From positions 140,074 through 204,073 of the forward strand of contig JAVEYK010000001.1 of the NCBI GenBank assembly GCA_034003505.1: DNA of 64,000 nt, given 5' to 3'. The stretch comes from Anaerolineaceae bacterium. GTDB lineage: Bacteria; Chloroflexota; Anaerolineae; Anaerolineales; Anaerolineaceae. Positions 1-9,281 of this stretch are shown here, piece after piece. Made by a program: the position numbers and the translations under genes. The notes beneath the pieces are model-generated. The model saw only the letters and a program-made list of their open reading frames with translations. It did not search any database and had not been told where the DNA came from. Within the stretch, counting starts at the first letter, position 1. Each line of letters opens with the position of its first letter.

Positions 1-2
1 AG

Positions 3-74
3 CAAGAAAAAGCTCCCATCGCTGTAAAAGACCGACTTTTCTATCGCCTTAATCTGGAGCAGTTCAAAAAATAA
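3..74 (+). CDS. 3' end of an unidentified CDS entering from upstream of the window (partial)
   Basis: Frame 3 is open from the window edge to TAA at 72-74 (..QEKAPIAVKDRLFYRLNLEQFKK*). A hairpin plus T-run follows. The fragment is too short to name. Confidence 0.3.
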   Translation, partial: QEKAPIAVKDRLFYRLNLEQFKK

Positions 75-96
75 ACCGATTTTCTTCAACCTTTTT

Positions 97-126
97 AAAA
101 ACCAGGTTCATGATCTGGTTTTTTTT
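97..126 (+). terminator. Rho-independent terminator
   Basis: Stem AAAAACCAG (97-105) pairs with CTGGTTTTT (115-123), with a 9-nt loop. The T-run covers 119-126. Confidence 0.6.
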
Positions 127-177
127 ATTATGGTTAAGTTGCCACTTTTTTGTGATTATGGCATCTAAGTCTTTGTA

Positions 178-378
178 ATGACTTTTAAACAGATTGATAC
201 GACATCAGATGAAAATCTGATTAAATTTGAACTTAAAGATGTTGAGCAATACGATTCCTACGAAATCCGAATTGGTGTTGTTTGTCCAAAATGCCAAAAA
301 GGGACCTTTGAATACGACGGAATGCTCAATCTGGTTTGTTCAAATTGTGGATATACTTCAGGTGGTTGTTTCACCTGA
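178..378 (+). CDS. Small zinc-ribbon protein (66 aa), unknown function
   Basis: Two CxxC pairs (CPKC..CSNC) spaced like a zinc ribbon, and the protein ends ..SGGCFT. It is co-oriented 43 nt upstream of the disulfide oxidoreductase. No obvious SD. Confidence 0.5.
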   Translation: MTFKQIDTTSDENLIKFELKDVEQYDSYEIRIGVVCPKCQKGTFEYDGMLNLVCSNCGYTSGGCFT

Positions 379-421
379 TAATCAAAACACCATCTCGGTG
401 AGATGAAATCTTGGAGGATAA

Positions 422-1096
422 ATGGCAAGCAAATTATTGGATGATAAAACCAAAGAACAAGTTAAAGAATTTTTTAGTGAACTGGATAAACCGGTCAAAA
501 TGATTTTTTTTGGCAGTACTGAAGAAAATTGTGAGTATTGTAGTGAGACAATAGGTTTATTAAGTGAGATCGCTGAATTGAATCCGTTAATTCACCTGGA
601 TGAATATGATTTTGAAAAACATCAGGAGATCGCTGCCCAATACCGTGTTGATAAAGTGCCAATGACGGTGATTGCAGGGATGAAAGATAATGATCTCATC
701 GACTATGGAATCCGATTGGCAGGTATTCCTGCTGGTCATGAATTCACGACATTAATAAATGATCTTGTCATGGTTTCAAAACAAGATTCTGGATTATCAC
801 CGGAAATTCGCGAGAAATTAGCTTCATTAGAAAAACCTGTCAATTTGCAGGTATTTGTGACACCTACCTGCCCCTATTGCCCCCAGGCTGTCATTCTTGC
901 ACATCAGATGGCAATGGAAAGCGAATTAGTAACTGGTGAAATGGTTGAGGCAATGGAATTCGTAGAATTATCCAATCAATTCAATGTATCTGGTGTACCT
1001 CATACTATAATTAACAGTGGCTCAGGTGAAGTGGTAGGCGCAGTACCAGAAACACGATTAATGGTTGAAATTGAAAAGGCACTCTCAGACAATTAA
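422..1096 (+). CDS. Protein disulfide oxidoreductase, glutaredoxin-like with two thioredoxin folds (PfPDO type)
   Basis: 224 aa with two redox CxxC motifs, CEYC in the N-terminal unit and CPYC in the C-terminal unit (TPTCPYCPQA). Length and layout match archaeal/thermophile PDO-type proteins. Confidence 0.8.
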   Translation: MASKLLDDKTKEQVKEFFSELDKPVKMIFFGSTEENCEYCSETIGLLSEIAELNPLIHLDEYDFEKHQEIAAQYRVDKVPMTVIAGMKDNDLIDYGIRLAGIPAGHEFTTLINDLVMVSKQDSGLSPEIREKLASLEKPVNLQVFVTPTCPYCPQAVILAHQMAMESELVTGEMVEAMEFVELSNQFNVSGVPHTIINSGSGEVVGAVPETRLMVEIEKALSDN

Positions 1097-1115
1097 AGGA
1101 TTAGAAAGGGAAAAA

Positions 1116-1532
1116 ATGGAAGCAAAAGTTACATGGCAAAAAGGATTGAGTTTTACGGGAACAGCTGATTCTGGATACACATTACCTTTAGGTGGAAAAA
1201 AGTCAGTTGGTGGGAATGAAGATGGTTTCTTACCCATGGAAATGTTTTTAATTGGCTTGGCTGGATGCACCGGAATGGATGTCATCTCAATCCTGGCGAA
1301 GATGAGGCAGGAAGTCACCAATTTTGAGGTGAAAATCCATGCCAATCGGGTCGAAAACCATCCAAAAATCTTTTCCGATATCATGATTGAGTACATAGTG
1401 ACAGGCAAAAACCTTGATCCAAAGCTGGTGGATAAAGCAGTTACATTATCTGAAACGACCTATTGCCCTGGTCAGGCTATTTTGAATAAGACCGCTGAAA
1501 TTGATCACAAGATCACCATACTCGAAGCATAA
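1116..1532 (+). CDS. OsmC/Ohr family peroxiredoxin-like protein
   Basis: Shows the OsmC pattern with two conserved Cys (LAGCTGMD and ETTYCPG). I chose the ATG at 1116 (MEAKVTWQKG..) rather than the track start at 1065, which overlaps the upstream gene. Confidence 0.8.
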   Translation: MEAKVTWQKGLSFTGTADSGYTLPLGGKKSVGGNEDGFLPMEMFLIGLAGCTGMDVISILAKMRQEVTNFEVKIHANRVENHPKIFSDIMIEYIVTGKNLDPKLVDKAVTLSETTYCPGQAILNKTAEIDHKITILEA

Positions 1533-1556
1533 CTTCTCAGAGGAAACTTCTTAAGG

Positions 1557-1587
1557 GCATGCATTAATCGATGCGTGCTCTTTTCTT
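1557..1587 (+). terminator. Terminator hairpin between convergent genes
   Basis: Stem GCATGCAT (1557-1564) pairs with ATGCGTGC (1571-1578) with one G-U pair, followed by TCTTTTCTT. It overlaps the stop of the convergent MFS gene. Confidence 0.5.
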
Positions 1588-2908
1588 ATTCCGCGTCAAA
1601 ATCGGGAATAATGGTTTCCACATTCCTGACATGCCTGGAGAAGTAGCCATATATTCCTACCACAACGATAAAAATAGAGGCTAATGAAAGTAACAAACTC
1701 ATGCCAGCCCCCGCACCTGGTGAAAACCACCTACTCAGAAATATTGTGGTCTTATTACTGGGATTCAATAATGCGGGCTCAAAAATCTTATCCGCCAAAG
1801 GGCCCGCAATTAACATACCGAGTGGATTGACAATTTGAGCAATGATGCGCCTCACAGAAAAAACTCTACCCTGAAGATCTGGGGGAACCTTTGATTGCCA
1901 GATTGCCTGATTAGAGCTATTGACCAATGGTATTACCAACGAGGATAGAAAAAAGAAAATACTCCACCAAATGATATCTTCCCCACCTCCTACAAAAAAG
2001 AAAAACAATCCGCTCAAAATCCAACCCAATAAAACCCCGCGAACACGTTTGGTTTTAAATCCGCCCCAGGCTGTAATAATCAAGCTGCCTACCACCCCGC
2101 CAATTGCAGATATTGATTGAACACTACCCAGCGTGGTGGCATTATTCCCTGTTCTTGCCAGGATCATCGGATTACTTAAGATACCAATGAAGGCTGCAAA
2201 GAAATTTCCAAAGAAAAATACCATTTGTAGTCCCAGTAAGCTAGGTCTGGCAAGAATGAATTTAAACCCAAATAAAGATTCCTGCCAGATGGATCCCCGG
2301 CTGAGTTCACCTTCTTTAGACCTGGTTGGATTCGGTATTGTGACAATTAATAATGCCAAGATGGCGATCGACATGGTCACCAGATCAATAAGGATGATCC
2401 CCGATAATTTCAATACGCCGACTAAGGCCGCAGCCATCACCGGAGCCCAGATACCAGAACCCCATTCTGCCAAAGAGATCATGGCACTGGAACGAGTAAA
2501 TTGGTCTTTAGGAATCATGACAGAGATGGCGGATGAATAAGCCGGCCACTGAAATGATTGGAATATGCCCGATATCATTGCCAGAATGTACAAATGCCAA
2601 ATTTCAAGTGCATCAAAACGGAAAAGAATCAAAATAACAAACATTCCAAACGCTGTTCCAAGATCACTGAGGATCATGGATGTCTTTCGATTCCAGCGGT
2701 CAACCAACGCACCAGCAATCGGGCTGAATATCACTTGAGGAGCTAATCCAAAAAAGCCAACCAGTCCTAATGCAGTGGCCTGACCTGTTTTTTCCCAGGC
2801 CCAAATCGTAAGCGCAAAAAAAGACATGCCTGATCCAGTCAGAGAAATCAGTTGTCCAAACCACACAATGGTGAATGCTTTCATGCCAGACGGTTTTGTT
2901 ATGCGCAT
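1586..2908 (-). CDS. MFS transporter (EntS/MFS_3-like)
   Basis: 440 aa with about 12 hydrophobic helices. Contains the GALVDRWNRK loop-2/3 motif typical of MFS. Confidence 0.8.
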   Translation of the reverse strand: MRITKPSGMKAFTIVWFGQLISLTGSGMSFFALTIWAWEKTGQATALGLVGFFGLAPQVIFSPIAGALVDRWNRKTSMILSDLGTAFGMFVILILFRFDALEIWHLYILAMISGIFQSFQWPAYSSAISVMIPKDQFTRSSAMISLAEWGSGIWAPVMAAALVGVLKLSGIILIDLVTMSIAILALLIVTIPNPTRSKEGELSRGSIWQESLFGFKFILARPSLLGLQMVFFFGNFFAAFIGILSNPMILARTGNNATTLGSVQSISAIGGVVGSLIITAWGGFKTKRVRGVLLGWILSGLFFFFVGGGEDIIWWSIFFFLSSLVIPLVNSSNQAIWQSKVPPDLQGRVFSVRRIIAQIVNPLGMLIAGPLADKIFEPALLNPSNKTTIFLSRWFSPGAGAGMSLLLSLASIFIVVVGIYGYFSRHVRNVETIIPDFDAE

Positions 2909-3114
2909 TGCTTATGATCCAAAGGAGAAATGATCGTGGTTGCGATTATAGCACTATATAATCATCTGGTAACATCTCCATTAAGCAATGTTGGTGGGTA
3001 TATTCAGCAAGTGAAGACTCGCCAAACACCCTGACATTCACCTATTGAAATGATACAAATTATGTCAGGAATTGAAACGTTTTTGGAAAGTCTGAACGGA
3101 AAAATTTTTAATTT

Positions 3115-4620
3115 CTAAGGCACACCCTCAGAAATGATCTGGCTGTCTTTATCCGAACATACACAGGCACGTAAAATACGTCCATTTTTTTCTAGAAATC
3201 CCTGATAATCATTTGAACCATTTCTTACAATCCAACCCTCTAAATTAAATGGCACAACACCACCAGCCAAAATCCATTCACCATTATACTTTCGAGCAAT
3301 ATGAATGTGAGTCCCGGTGGATCGTCCCCCATCGCAGGATGGGTAACCAATCACATCACCTTGTTTAAGTTGTTTTCCAACTGTTGGTAGATCTGTGTTT
3401 CTTAAATGCAGATAAAACACCACCCAGCCAGTTCGTTCATCGCCATCCCCATCCAGGTCAAGAACCGCAATCGCCGTATCTACCCGTGCAATGACTCCAT
3501 CGGCCACAGCCCTGGCAGGTTCCTCCGATCTTGAGCAGCCACCTACCACACTCCCTGGAGCAAAGTCGATGGCAGCAAAGGGGGCACCTAACCCCCAACC
3601 AGTATGTGGACCACCGGTGTAGGCCCAGATCAATCCCGGAGCAAATGGAAGAATCATAGGAGGTTGTTGCAGACTTCCGGGTATCAAGGTTAAATCGCCA
3701 TCCCAGGGGTTCCCAAACAATTGCGTGTAAGTTTCCAATAGTCCAGCGGAACTGATCGCATGTGTGTAAGTGACCCGATCCAGTACTCTTGAAAAATAAT
3801 ATTGTAATCCTGCTGAGGCTGCATTTTGCCATGGATCCGGTCTTTCCAGTCGCCCATCCTGATGTGAATATGTCTGTAAACTTCCCTCGCGCCAACCGTA
3901 AAAGCCATTGTTCAAACGGTTCGCAGCCCATACCAATTGTTGTGAAAGCCCTGAATACGATCGATTGCGATATCCTAATAGATAATCCGAAATTGATTCG
4001 GGAGGTACAGGGTTCGATAACGCCCCGGTTTGATACTCAAGAATCGCCAATAGAAGTTTTGGACTGACACTGAAATTAATACTGGTATGCAGGACTACTT
4101 CTGCACCGGGTCGAATCAACAACCCGACAGCATCTTTTGAGTTTTTTAACCACCCCGGTTGGCTATTAACAAACGCAACCACATCAAACTCAATATCTCT
4201 GGGACCATACACAAATGAGATATCGGGTAATATTTGAAAAGAACTACTCCAAATAGCCTCATAGTAAATCGGTATCTGCATCGGCAGTCCTGGTGGCATG
4301 GTTGTGGCACCTGCTGGGATGATCGGATTGGCTTTCTGAATCTCTTCAATCGTGCTGTTGAAATGGGCCGCCAGCGCTGGCAAGGTATCACCGCTTTGCG
4401 CGATGTAATCCACCAATGTGCCAGGTGGATAGGAAGGCCTGGTTGGATTCGGGGTTACTTCCTGCAGGAGATCACTTTGCTGTGAAGCAGTTGCTTCTAA
4501 TGGAATCAGATCCAATGGTTGGCGGGCTTCAGGAACACAGGCTGAAATCAAAAAACATACGATCAGGATGCTGATTACAGCTGCTATTTTGTAAGGATAA
4601 TGTGTGTTTTTAATATTCAC
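3115..4620 (-). CDS. Lipoprotein, LysM domain + conserved middle domain + M23-like metallopeptidase (paralogue C)
   Basis: Lipobox LISAC. LysM signature YIAQSGDTLPALAAHFNSTIEEIQKANP. C-terminal GGPH..AAIDFAP..DLDGDG..YLHL..GTHIHIARKYNGEW (HxH). Confidence 0.8.
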   Translation of the reverse strand: MNIKNTHYPYKIAAVISILIVCFLISACVPEARQPLDLIPLEATASQQSDLLQEVTPNPTRPSYPPGTLVDYIAQSGDTLPALAAHFNSTIEEIQKANPIIPAGATTMPPGLPMQIPIYYEAIWSSSFQILPDISFVYGPRDIEFDVVAFVNSQPGWLKNSKDAVGLLIRPGAEVVLHTSINFSVSPKLLLAILEYQTGALSNPVPPESISDYLLGYRNRSYSGLSQQLVWAANRLNNGFYGWREGSLQTYSHQDGRLERPDPWQNAASAGLQYYFSRVLDRVTYTHAISSAGLLETYTQLFGNPWDGDLTLIPGSLQQPPMILPFAPGLIWAYTGGPHTGWGLGAPFAAIDFAPGSVVGGCSRSEEPARAVADGVIARVDTAIAVLDLDGDGDERTGWVVFYLHLRNTDLPTVGKQLKQGDVIGYPSCDGGRSTGTHIHIARKYNGEWILAGGVVPFNLEGWIVRNGSNDYQGFLEKNGRILRACVCSDKDSQIISEGVP

Positions 4621-4678
4621 TTCAATTGCTAATTATAATTCGAATTTCCAGGCACAATTGGAAGGTTGAATCGCCAGA

Positions 4679-6256
4679 TTATCGGGTAACGACGGATTCG
4701 TAAGAGCCATACGTTCTTGCAACGACCACCGCATCTTTCCGAATTAATCTGCCATCATACGCTTTTTCACCTTTATAAGAAATCCACCCACTTAAATTAA
4801 ATGCCAGGGGTCCATCTGCTGCGATCCATTCCCCATTATATTTTCGCACAATATGCACATGCGTTCCAGTAGCACTGCCACCTTCACACGAGGGGTGACC
4901 GATCAAGGCATCCTGATCAAGATAAGTGCCATTTTTTACTTTTCCTTCACTGGCGATATGTAAATATAAAATCACCCAGCCGGTTTGTTCATATCCATCC
5001 CCATCCAGATCTACTACTACCAAACCTGGTCCGGTTCGTACCACCAGCCCGGGAGCAGAGGCTACCACCCAATCGCTGCTTACCGTGCAACCAGATTTAT
5101 CAGAAGCAGGAGCAAAATCCAAAGCTGCCCAGGCACCATGCGAACCCCAGGCTGGGTGTGGTCCACCTGTGTGCGCCCATATCTTCCCCGGCAGATAAGG
5201 TAACTCCATGTTAGGCTGGGTTAGCCCTGAGGTATAAAGGGGTTCAACAGTCAGGGCTCTGATCCAGGGTGAGCCAAACATCTGCTCATATAAAACCGGG
5301 AAACTGCCATCCCCATACAAAACGGATAACCAACGGGCAGGATCATAAAAATTAGCAAAAAAATGTTCGAGAGCGGCTGAGCCGGCATTCATTTTCGGAT
5401 GAATGCGTTGTTGAGTTCCATCTGAAAAAACGACTTCCGTAATACGACCTTCCCGCCAGCCATAATATCCATTGGATAATACTTTCACACCAAATTTGAT
5501 CTGCTTCAATAAGCCTTTCCTGTCAATCATCGGAAAACCCAGGGGGTAGTCTTTTTCAAAAATATTTTGGGGTTGTCCATAAACCCACCCACTCTGATAT
5601 TCCAACAATCCGATTAAAATTCTCGGATTAACCGATTCCTCGGTGGCTACCTTTTTAATAATATCTGCCCCACTCAACCATCCTTCGCCGGTATATTCGC
5701 GATAGGTACTTAAATACCCTCCTGCTTCGGTAAGAAATGCATTTATATCAAAATCAAGTGCGGAGGGTGAATAAATAATTTCGCTATCCGGCAAAACCGG
5801 ATCAGCAGCAATATCAAAACCATAATAATCCGGCACCACTAACAACGTTTGGGGTTTGATTAATTCTCGTGGTGATAATTCAAGTTGCGTCTTAATCTCA
5901 TCAATCGTCACGCCAAACCGTGCAGCAATCACGGTAAGCGTATCGCCACTCTGGCTATAATACAAAAATGGCGGACGTTCTTCATTATCTCTGGTCGCTG
6001 TGGGTAGTGGAACAATCTCCATCTCGGGGACACTGATTTCTGTCGGTGTTGGATTTTCTATCAACATGGTGGGAACAATTGGAATCGGAGTTGGTTCAGC
6101 AATCGGTGGAGGAGCCTGTGTGGCGTTAAAGGAAATTGTTGCATCATCCAGAGCAGTAGCAAAGACAGCCGTGGCAGTCAAATCAAGCGCGCTGACGTAA
6201 TAATTTCCCAGGTTACAGGATGTAAGTGAGAGTATCAGCAAGCCCCAGAGCAGCAT
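4679..6256 (-). CDS. Lipoprotein, LysM + middle domain + M23-like metallopeptidase (paralogue B)
   Basis: Same architecture as paralogue C. LysM signature YYSQSGDTLTVIAARFGVTIDEIK, and C-terminal GTHVHIVRKYNGEW. I chose the start at 6256 (MLLWGLLILSLTSC lipobox) so that it does not overlap the upstream paralogue. The track ORF extends to 6328. Confidence 0.8.
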   Translation of the reverse strand: MLLWGLLILSLTSCNLGNYYVSALDLTATAVFATALDDATISFNATQAPPPIAEPTPIPIVPTMLIENPTPTEISVPEMEIVPLPTATRDNEERPPFLYYSQSGDTLTVIAARFGVTIDEIKTQLELSPRELIKPQTLLVVPDYYGFDIAADPVLPDSEIIYSPSALDFDINAFLTEAGGYLSTYREYTGEGWLSGADIIKKVATEESVNPRILIGLLEYQSGWVYGQPQNIFEKDYPLGFPMIDRKGLLKQIKFGVKVLSNGYYGWREGRITEVVFSDGTQQRIHPKMNAGSAALEHFFANFYDPARWLSVLYGDGSFPVLYEQMFGSPWIRALTVEPLYTSGLTQPNMELPYLPGKIWAHTGGPHPAWGSHGAWAALDFAPASDKSGCTVSSDWVVASAPGLVVRTGPGLVVVDLDGDGYEQTGWVILYLHIASEGKVKNGTYLDQDALIGHPSCEGGSATGTHVHIVRKYNGEWIAADGPLAFNLSGWISYKGEKAYDGRLIRKDAVVVARTYGSYESVVTR

Positions 6257-6269
6257 TAATATTCTTTTT

Positions 6270-7790
6270 TTAATGCTGAACCAGACTTTCCGGGTTGTAG
6301 AACGCCCAGGCTTCAATAAAAGCTCCATTTCCTACTAAGTATCCATTATATGCGTGGCCATCACTTTGCGGTTGAAAGCCACTCATCACAAACGGCATCT
6401 CACCAACAGATGAAATCCACTCACCATTATATTTCCTGGCAATGTGTAGATGCGTTCCAGTCGAGACCCCTCCTTCACAAGACGCATGTCCGATCCAATC
6501 GCCCGCATTAAGAAAAGTTCCTTCCTCCACTCTCTCCCAATAAGCAATATGCATGTATAGAACAGTCCAACCGGTTTGCTCATTACCATCTCCATCCAGA
6601 TCTTGAACGACCGCTCCATATTCTGAACGGACTATTAATCCATCCGCCACAGCGGTGACCCAATCACCACTTACTGAGCAACCCATCGGGCTGCCCGGCG
6701 GGGCAAAGTCTAAAGCTGCCCAGGCCGATCCATCATCCCATCCTGGATGTGGTCCGCCGGTAAACGACCAGGCCACCCCCCGCTGGAAGGGCAGTATAAA
6801 TTCCGGCTGGATTATTCCGGAAGGGATCAGAGGTTCATAGGTGAAATCAAATGGAAATCCGAAGAAATTTGAATAAGTCCTATAAATACCATTTTCGGAA
6901 ATTGCATTTAGCCAATTCGCCTTTCCATAAATGGTACCTGCCCAATATTGTACGGCAGCTGTACCGGCATTGATGGTCTCATCTGCGGGGGAATAACTGC
7001 CATCACTCAAAATATAATAGCTCAGGTTGTTCTCTTTCCAGGAATAATAGCCCCAGTTAAGTGAATTAGCCACTCTTGAAAGGATCGTTACCAGGCCTGT
7101 TTTCCAGGCATCCTTTTCAGGTTCTTGTCCATTGACTGGTTTTTCCAATTCAAGATTTGGCCCGGTTACCCAACCGGTGGAGTATTCCAATATCGCAATT
7201 AATATCCGCGGGTTGACTGAATAATCCCTGGCGATTTGAAGAACCACCTCATCACTATGATCCAATGAGGAAAGGTAACTATCGAAGGAATAAATTAAAT
7301 CATACGGGTCAAAACCAACCCCTGAGGGACCATAAACAAGTTCTGAATCAGGAATAATTTTAAAAGAAGGTCCTTTTGCATCCGGATCAGGCGGGGGAAT
7401 CACCAACGCCTGACCAATTTCCAGATAATTTGGATTCATTAGCTGGTTGGCCGAGACAATGGCATTCATATCCACGCCATATTGCCGAGCAATGAGATTC
7501 AGTGAATCATTCATCTGCACCAGGTATGTTTCTTCATTGGTTCGCAGGGTCGGCATTACCTTGGGTGCATTCGGAGTAGGAGAGTACATCGGTTTCCCGG
7601 GTTCACGAGTCGCAGGCAGAAAGGGGGTTCGTTGCGGAAGTGGGGTTTGGGTAGTTGTAGGAGTAACCGAGTAAACAACTGGAGTAACATCCAGTGTCCA
7701 GGCTTCTTTTTCAGGAAAGGGTTGAACACAACTGGTCAAAACCAACAAAAGAATGCTAGCAAAACTGAACAGAGAAAAACTCGATTTCAT
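6270..7790 (-). CDS. Lipoprotein, LysM + middle domain + M23-like metallopeptidase (paralogue A)
   Basis: Lipobox LVLTSC. LysM signature YLVQMNDSLNLIARQYGVDMNAIVSANQL. C-terminal GTHLHIARKYNGEW. The start overlaps the deacetylase stop by 4 nt (ATGA). Confidence 0.8.
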   Translation of the reverse strand: MKSSFSLFSFASILLLVLTSCVQPFPEKEAWTLDVTPVVYSVTPTTTQTPLPQRTPFLPATREPGKPMYSPTPNAPKVMPTLRTNEETYLVQMNDSLNLIARQYGVDMNAIVSANQLMNPNYLEIGQALVIPPPDPDAKGPSFKIIPDSELVYGPSGVGFDPYDLIYSFDSYLSSLDHSDEVVLQIARDYSVNPRILIAILEYSTGWVTGPNLELEKPVNGQEPEKDAWKTGLVTILSRVANSLNWGYYSWKENNLSYYILSDGSYSPADETINAGTAAVQYWAGTIYGKANWLNAISENGIYRTYSNFFGFPFDFTYEPLIPSGIIQPEFILPFQRGVAWSFTGGPHPGWDDGSAWAALDFAPPGSPMGCSVSGDWVTAVADGLIVRSEYGAVVQDLDGDGNEQTGWTVLYMHIAYWERVEEGTFLNAGDWIGHASCEGGVSTGTHLHIARKYNGEWISSVGEMPFVMSGFQPQSDGHAYNGYLVGNGAFIEAWAFYNPESLVQH

Positions 7791-8983
7791 TTTCCTATTT
7801 CTCCGCTATCATCCAGGTTCAAAGGCGGATAATCTGAACAATAGTTTTGGTACCAGAGATACTCTTTATCTTTATTTTGCTGAGCGAATTCCTTTGCATC
7901 TGTCGCAATCAAGGCTGCTTTTTCAAAATATAAATTTGCCGAATTACTCCAAACTCTGGGTAATACCATTAAGGGATCATTCATTTTTGTTTCGGCAGCG
8001 CCTAAAGGAATCCAATTGTACATAATTGGACCACGAGAAAATACTGTAAAACCAACCTCATAACCTGCTTCGCGTGCCATCTGGACTGATTCCAGTGTGA
8101 AATTACCACCCGGCCAGATGAAGGCTTGTGGTTTTCTTCCCGCATGTTCTTCAATTACCGCAATTGGCTCATACAGTTCCTGTTCGATCACCTCAATTGG
8201 GGTAAATTCGGTGAAATAAGTTTCTCCATTATGATAAAAACCATGTGCCTGTAAATCTAACCGTCCATTCACATTCAGGCGATCGTATTCATTCCATTCC
8301 CTTACACTGGCGACACCTGTGATATACGCCAACGTGACTGTCCAGTCATTTTTATCTAAAAATTGCATAAAATGATCTTTTACAACCCCCAGCCGACGGT
8401 CATCGACAATGAGAATCATCGATAATGGCGGGATCGAATCGTTATGATACAAAAATCCAACCAATTCTTCAGTGGTAATTGTTTCAAATCCTAATTTCTT
8501 AGCGTATTCCATCGTATATTCAAAGTATTCCTGGGTGACCTGCATGTTATCCTGAAGTTCCCTCCCACTCTGTCTAATGGAGTGATACATAACAGGTACA
8601 ATTATTGTGCCAGGTTCACTTTTCCCGGTTCCCCAGCGGTTAGATAGGTATTCACAGGTGGTTTGATAGGATTGCGGAGATACTTCATTGGGCTTAAAAT
8701 TATATGAAAATGTATCCAGAAAAAATTTGGTGGGGGTTATCGATGGTGTCGGTGAGGGAGTGGAACTTGGTAGGATCGTTGGAGTGAACGTTGGCGTTTC
8801 CGGGATGAAAGCTGTGCTCGTAATGACAGCAGTCACTGAATTCTCAGGCTGTTGAGTTGTCGAAACTGAATCTTGAAAAAACGAAATACTTTGACCTGGC
8901 AGAATATTACAACCAGATATTCCGATGGTCACCAATATCATTAATATTTGAAATACCCTGTAAAATGCTGCCAGCTTGTTCAT
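7787..8983 (-). CDS. Polysaccharide deacetylase (CE4/NodB) lipoprotein
   Basis: Lipobox GISGC followed by a Pro/Thr/Ser linker. NodB-like motifs are IVDDRR (DD), HGFYH (H-x3-H) and FIWPGGN. Confidence 0.7.
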   Translation of the reverse strand: MNKLAAFYRVFQILMILVTIGISGCNILPGQSISFFQDSVSTTQQPENSVTAVITSTAFIPETPTFTPTILPSSTPSPTPSITPTKFFLDTFSYNFKPNEVSPQSYQTTCEYLSNRWGTGKSEPGTIIVPVMYHSIRQSGRELQDNMQVTQEYFEYTMEYAKKLGFETITTEELVGFLYHNDSIPPLSMILIVDDRRLGVVKDHFMQFLDKNDWTVTLAYITGVASVREWNEYDRLNVNGRLDLQAHGFYHNGETYFTEFTPIEVIEQELYEPIAVIEEHAGRKPQAFIWPGGNFTLESVQMAREAGYEVGFTVFSRGPIMYNWIPLGAAETKMNDPLMVLPRVWSNSANLYFEKAALIATDAKEFAQQNKDKEYLWYQNYCSDYPPLNLDDSGEIGK

Positions 8984-9281
8984 ACCTTTAGAATGATATT
9001 ATGCCACAGTTTTTTATTCGTCTCTTCAACCCGACCTGAGGTTTGACCTATATTAATTTTCTATTAGATCTTTTTTTCTTCTACTCAGCGGAGGATTCAC
9101 AGGGAAAACCTCTTATAATAGGATAGAAATGTGAATTTCTGTTCATTCATAAAAGCAACTCGTAAAAGACGATTGTGGAAAACCTTGTTTATCCGCGAGA
9201 ATGAACAAATTCACCAAAAGGAATTCTGTTGTTTTTATACATCCAATCAATTTCTTTTGACTAACAAAGACTGGAGGAATT

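Noticed and set aside
3458-3931. Long ORFs lying inside the annotated genes, on the opposite strand or in a shifted frame (for example 3458-3931, 4926-5198, 27446-27922, 40695-41111, 45855-46268, 56144-56548, 63155-63568).
   Set aside because: Each lies wholly within a gene that has strong family motifs. Their translations are low-complexity or Cys/Arg/Ser-rich with no motif, which is typical of shadow ORFs.
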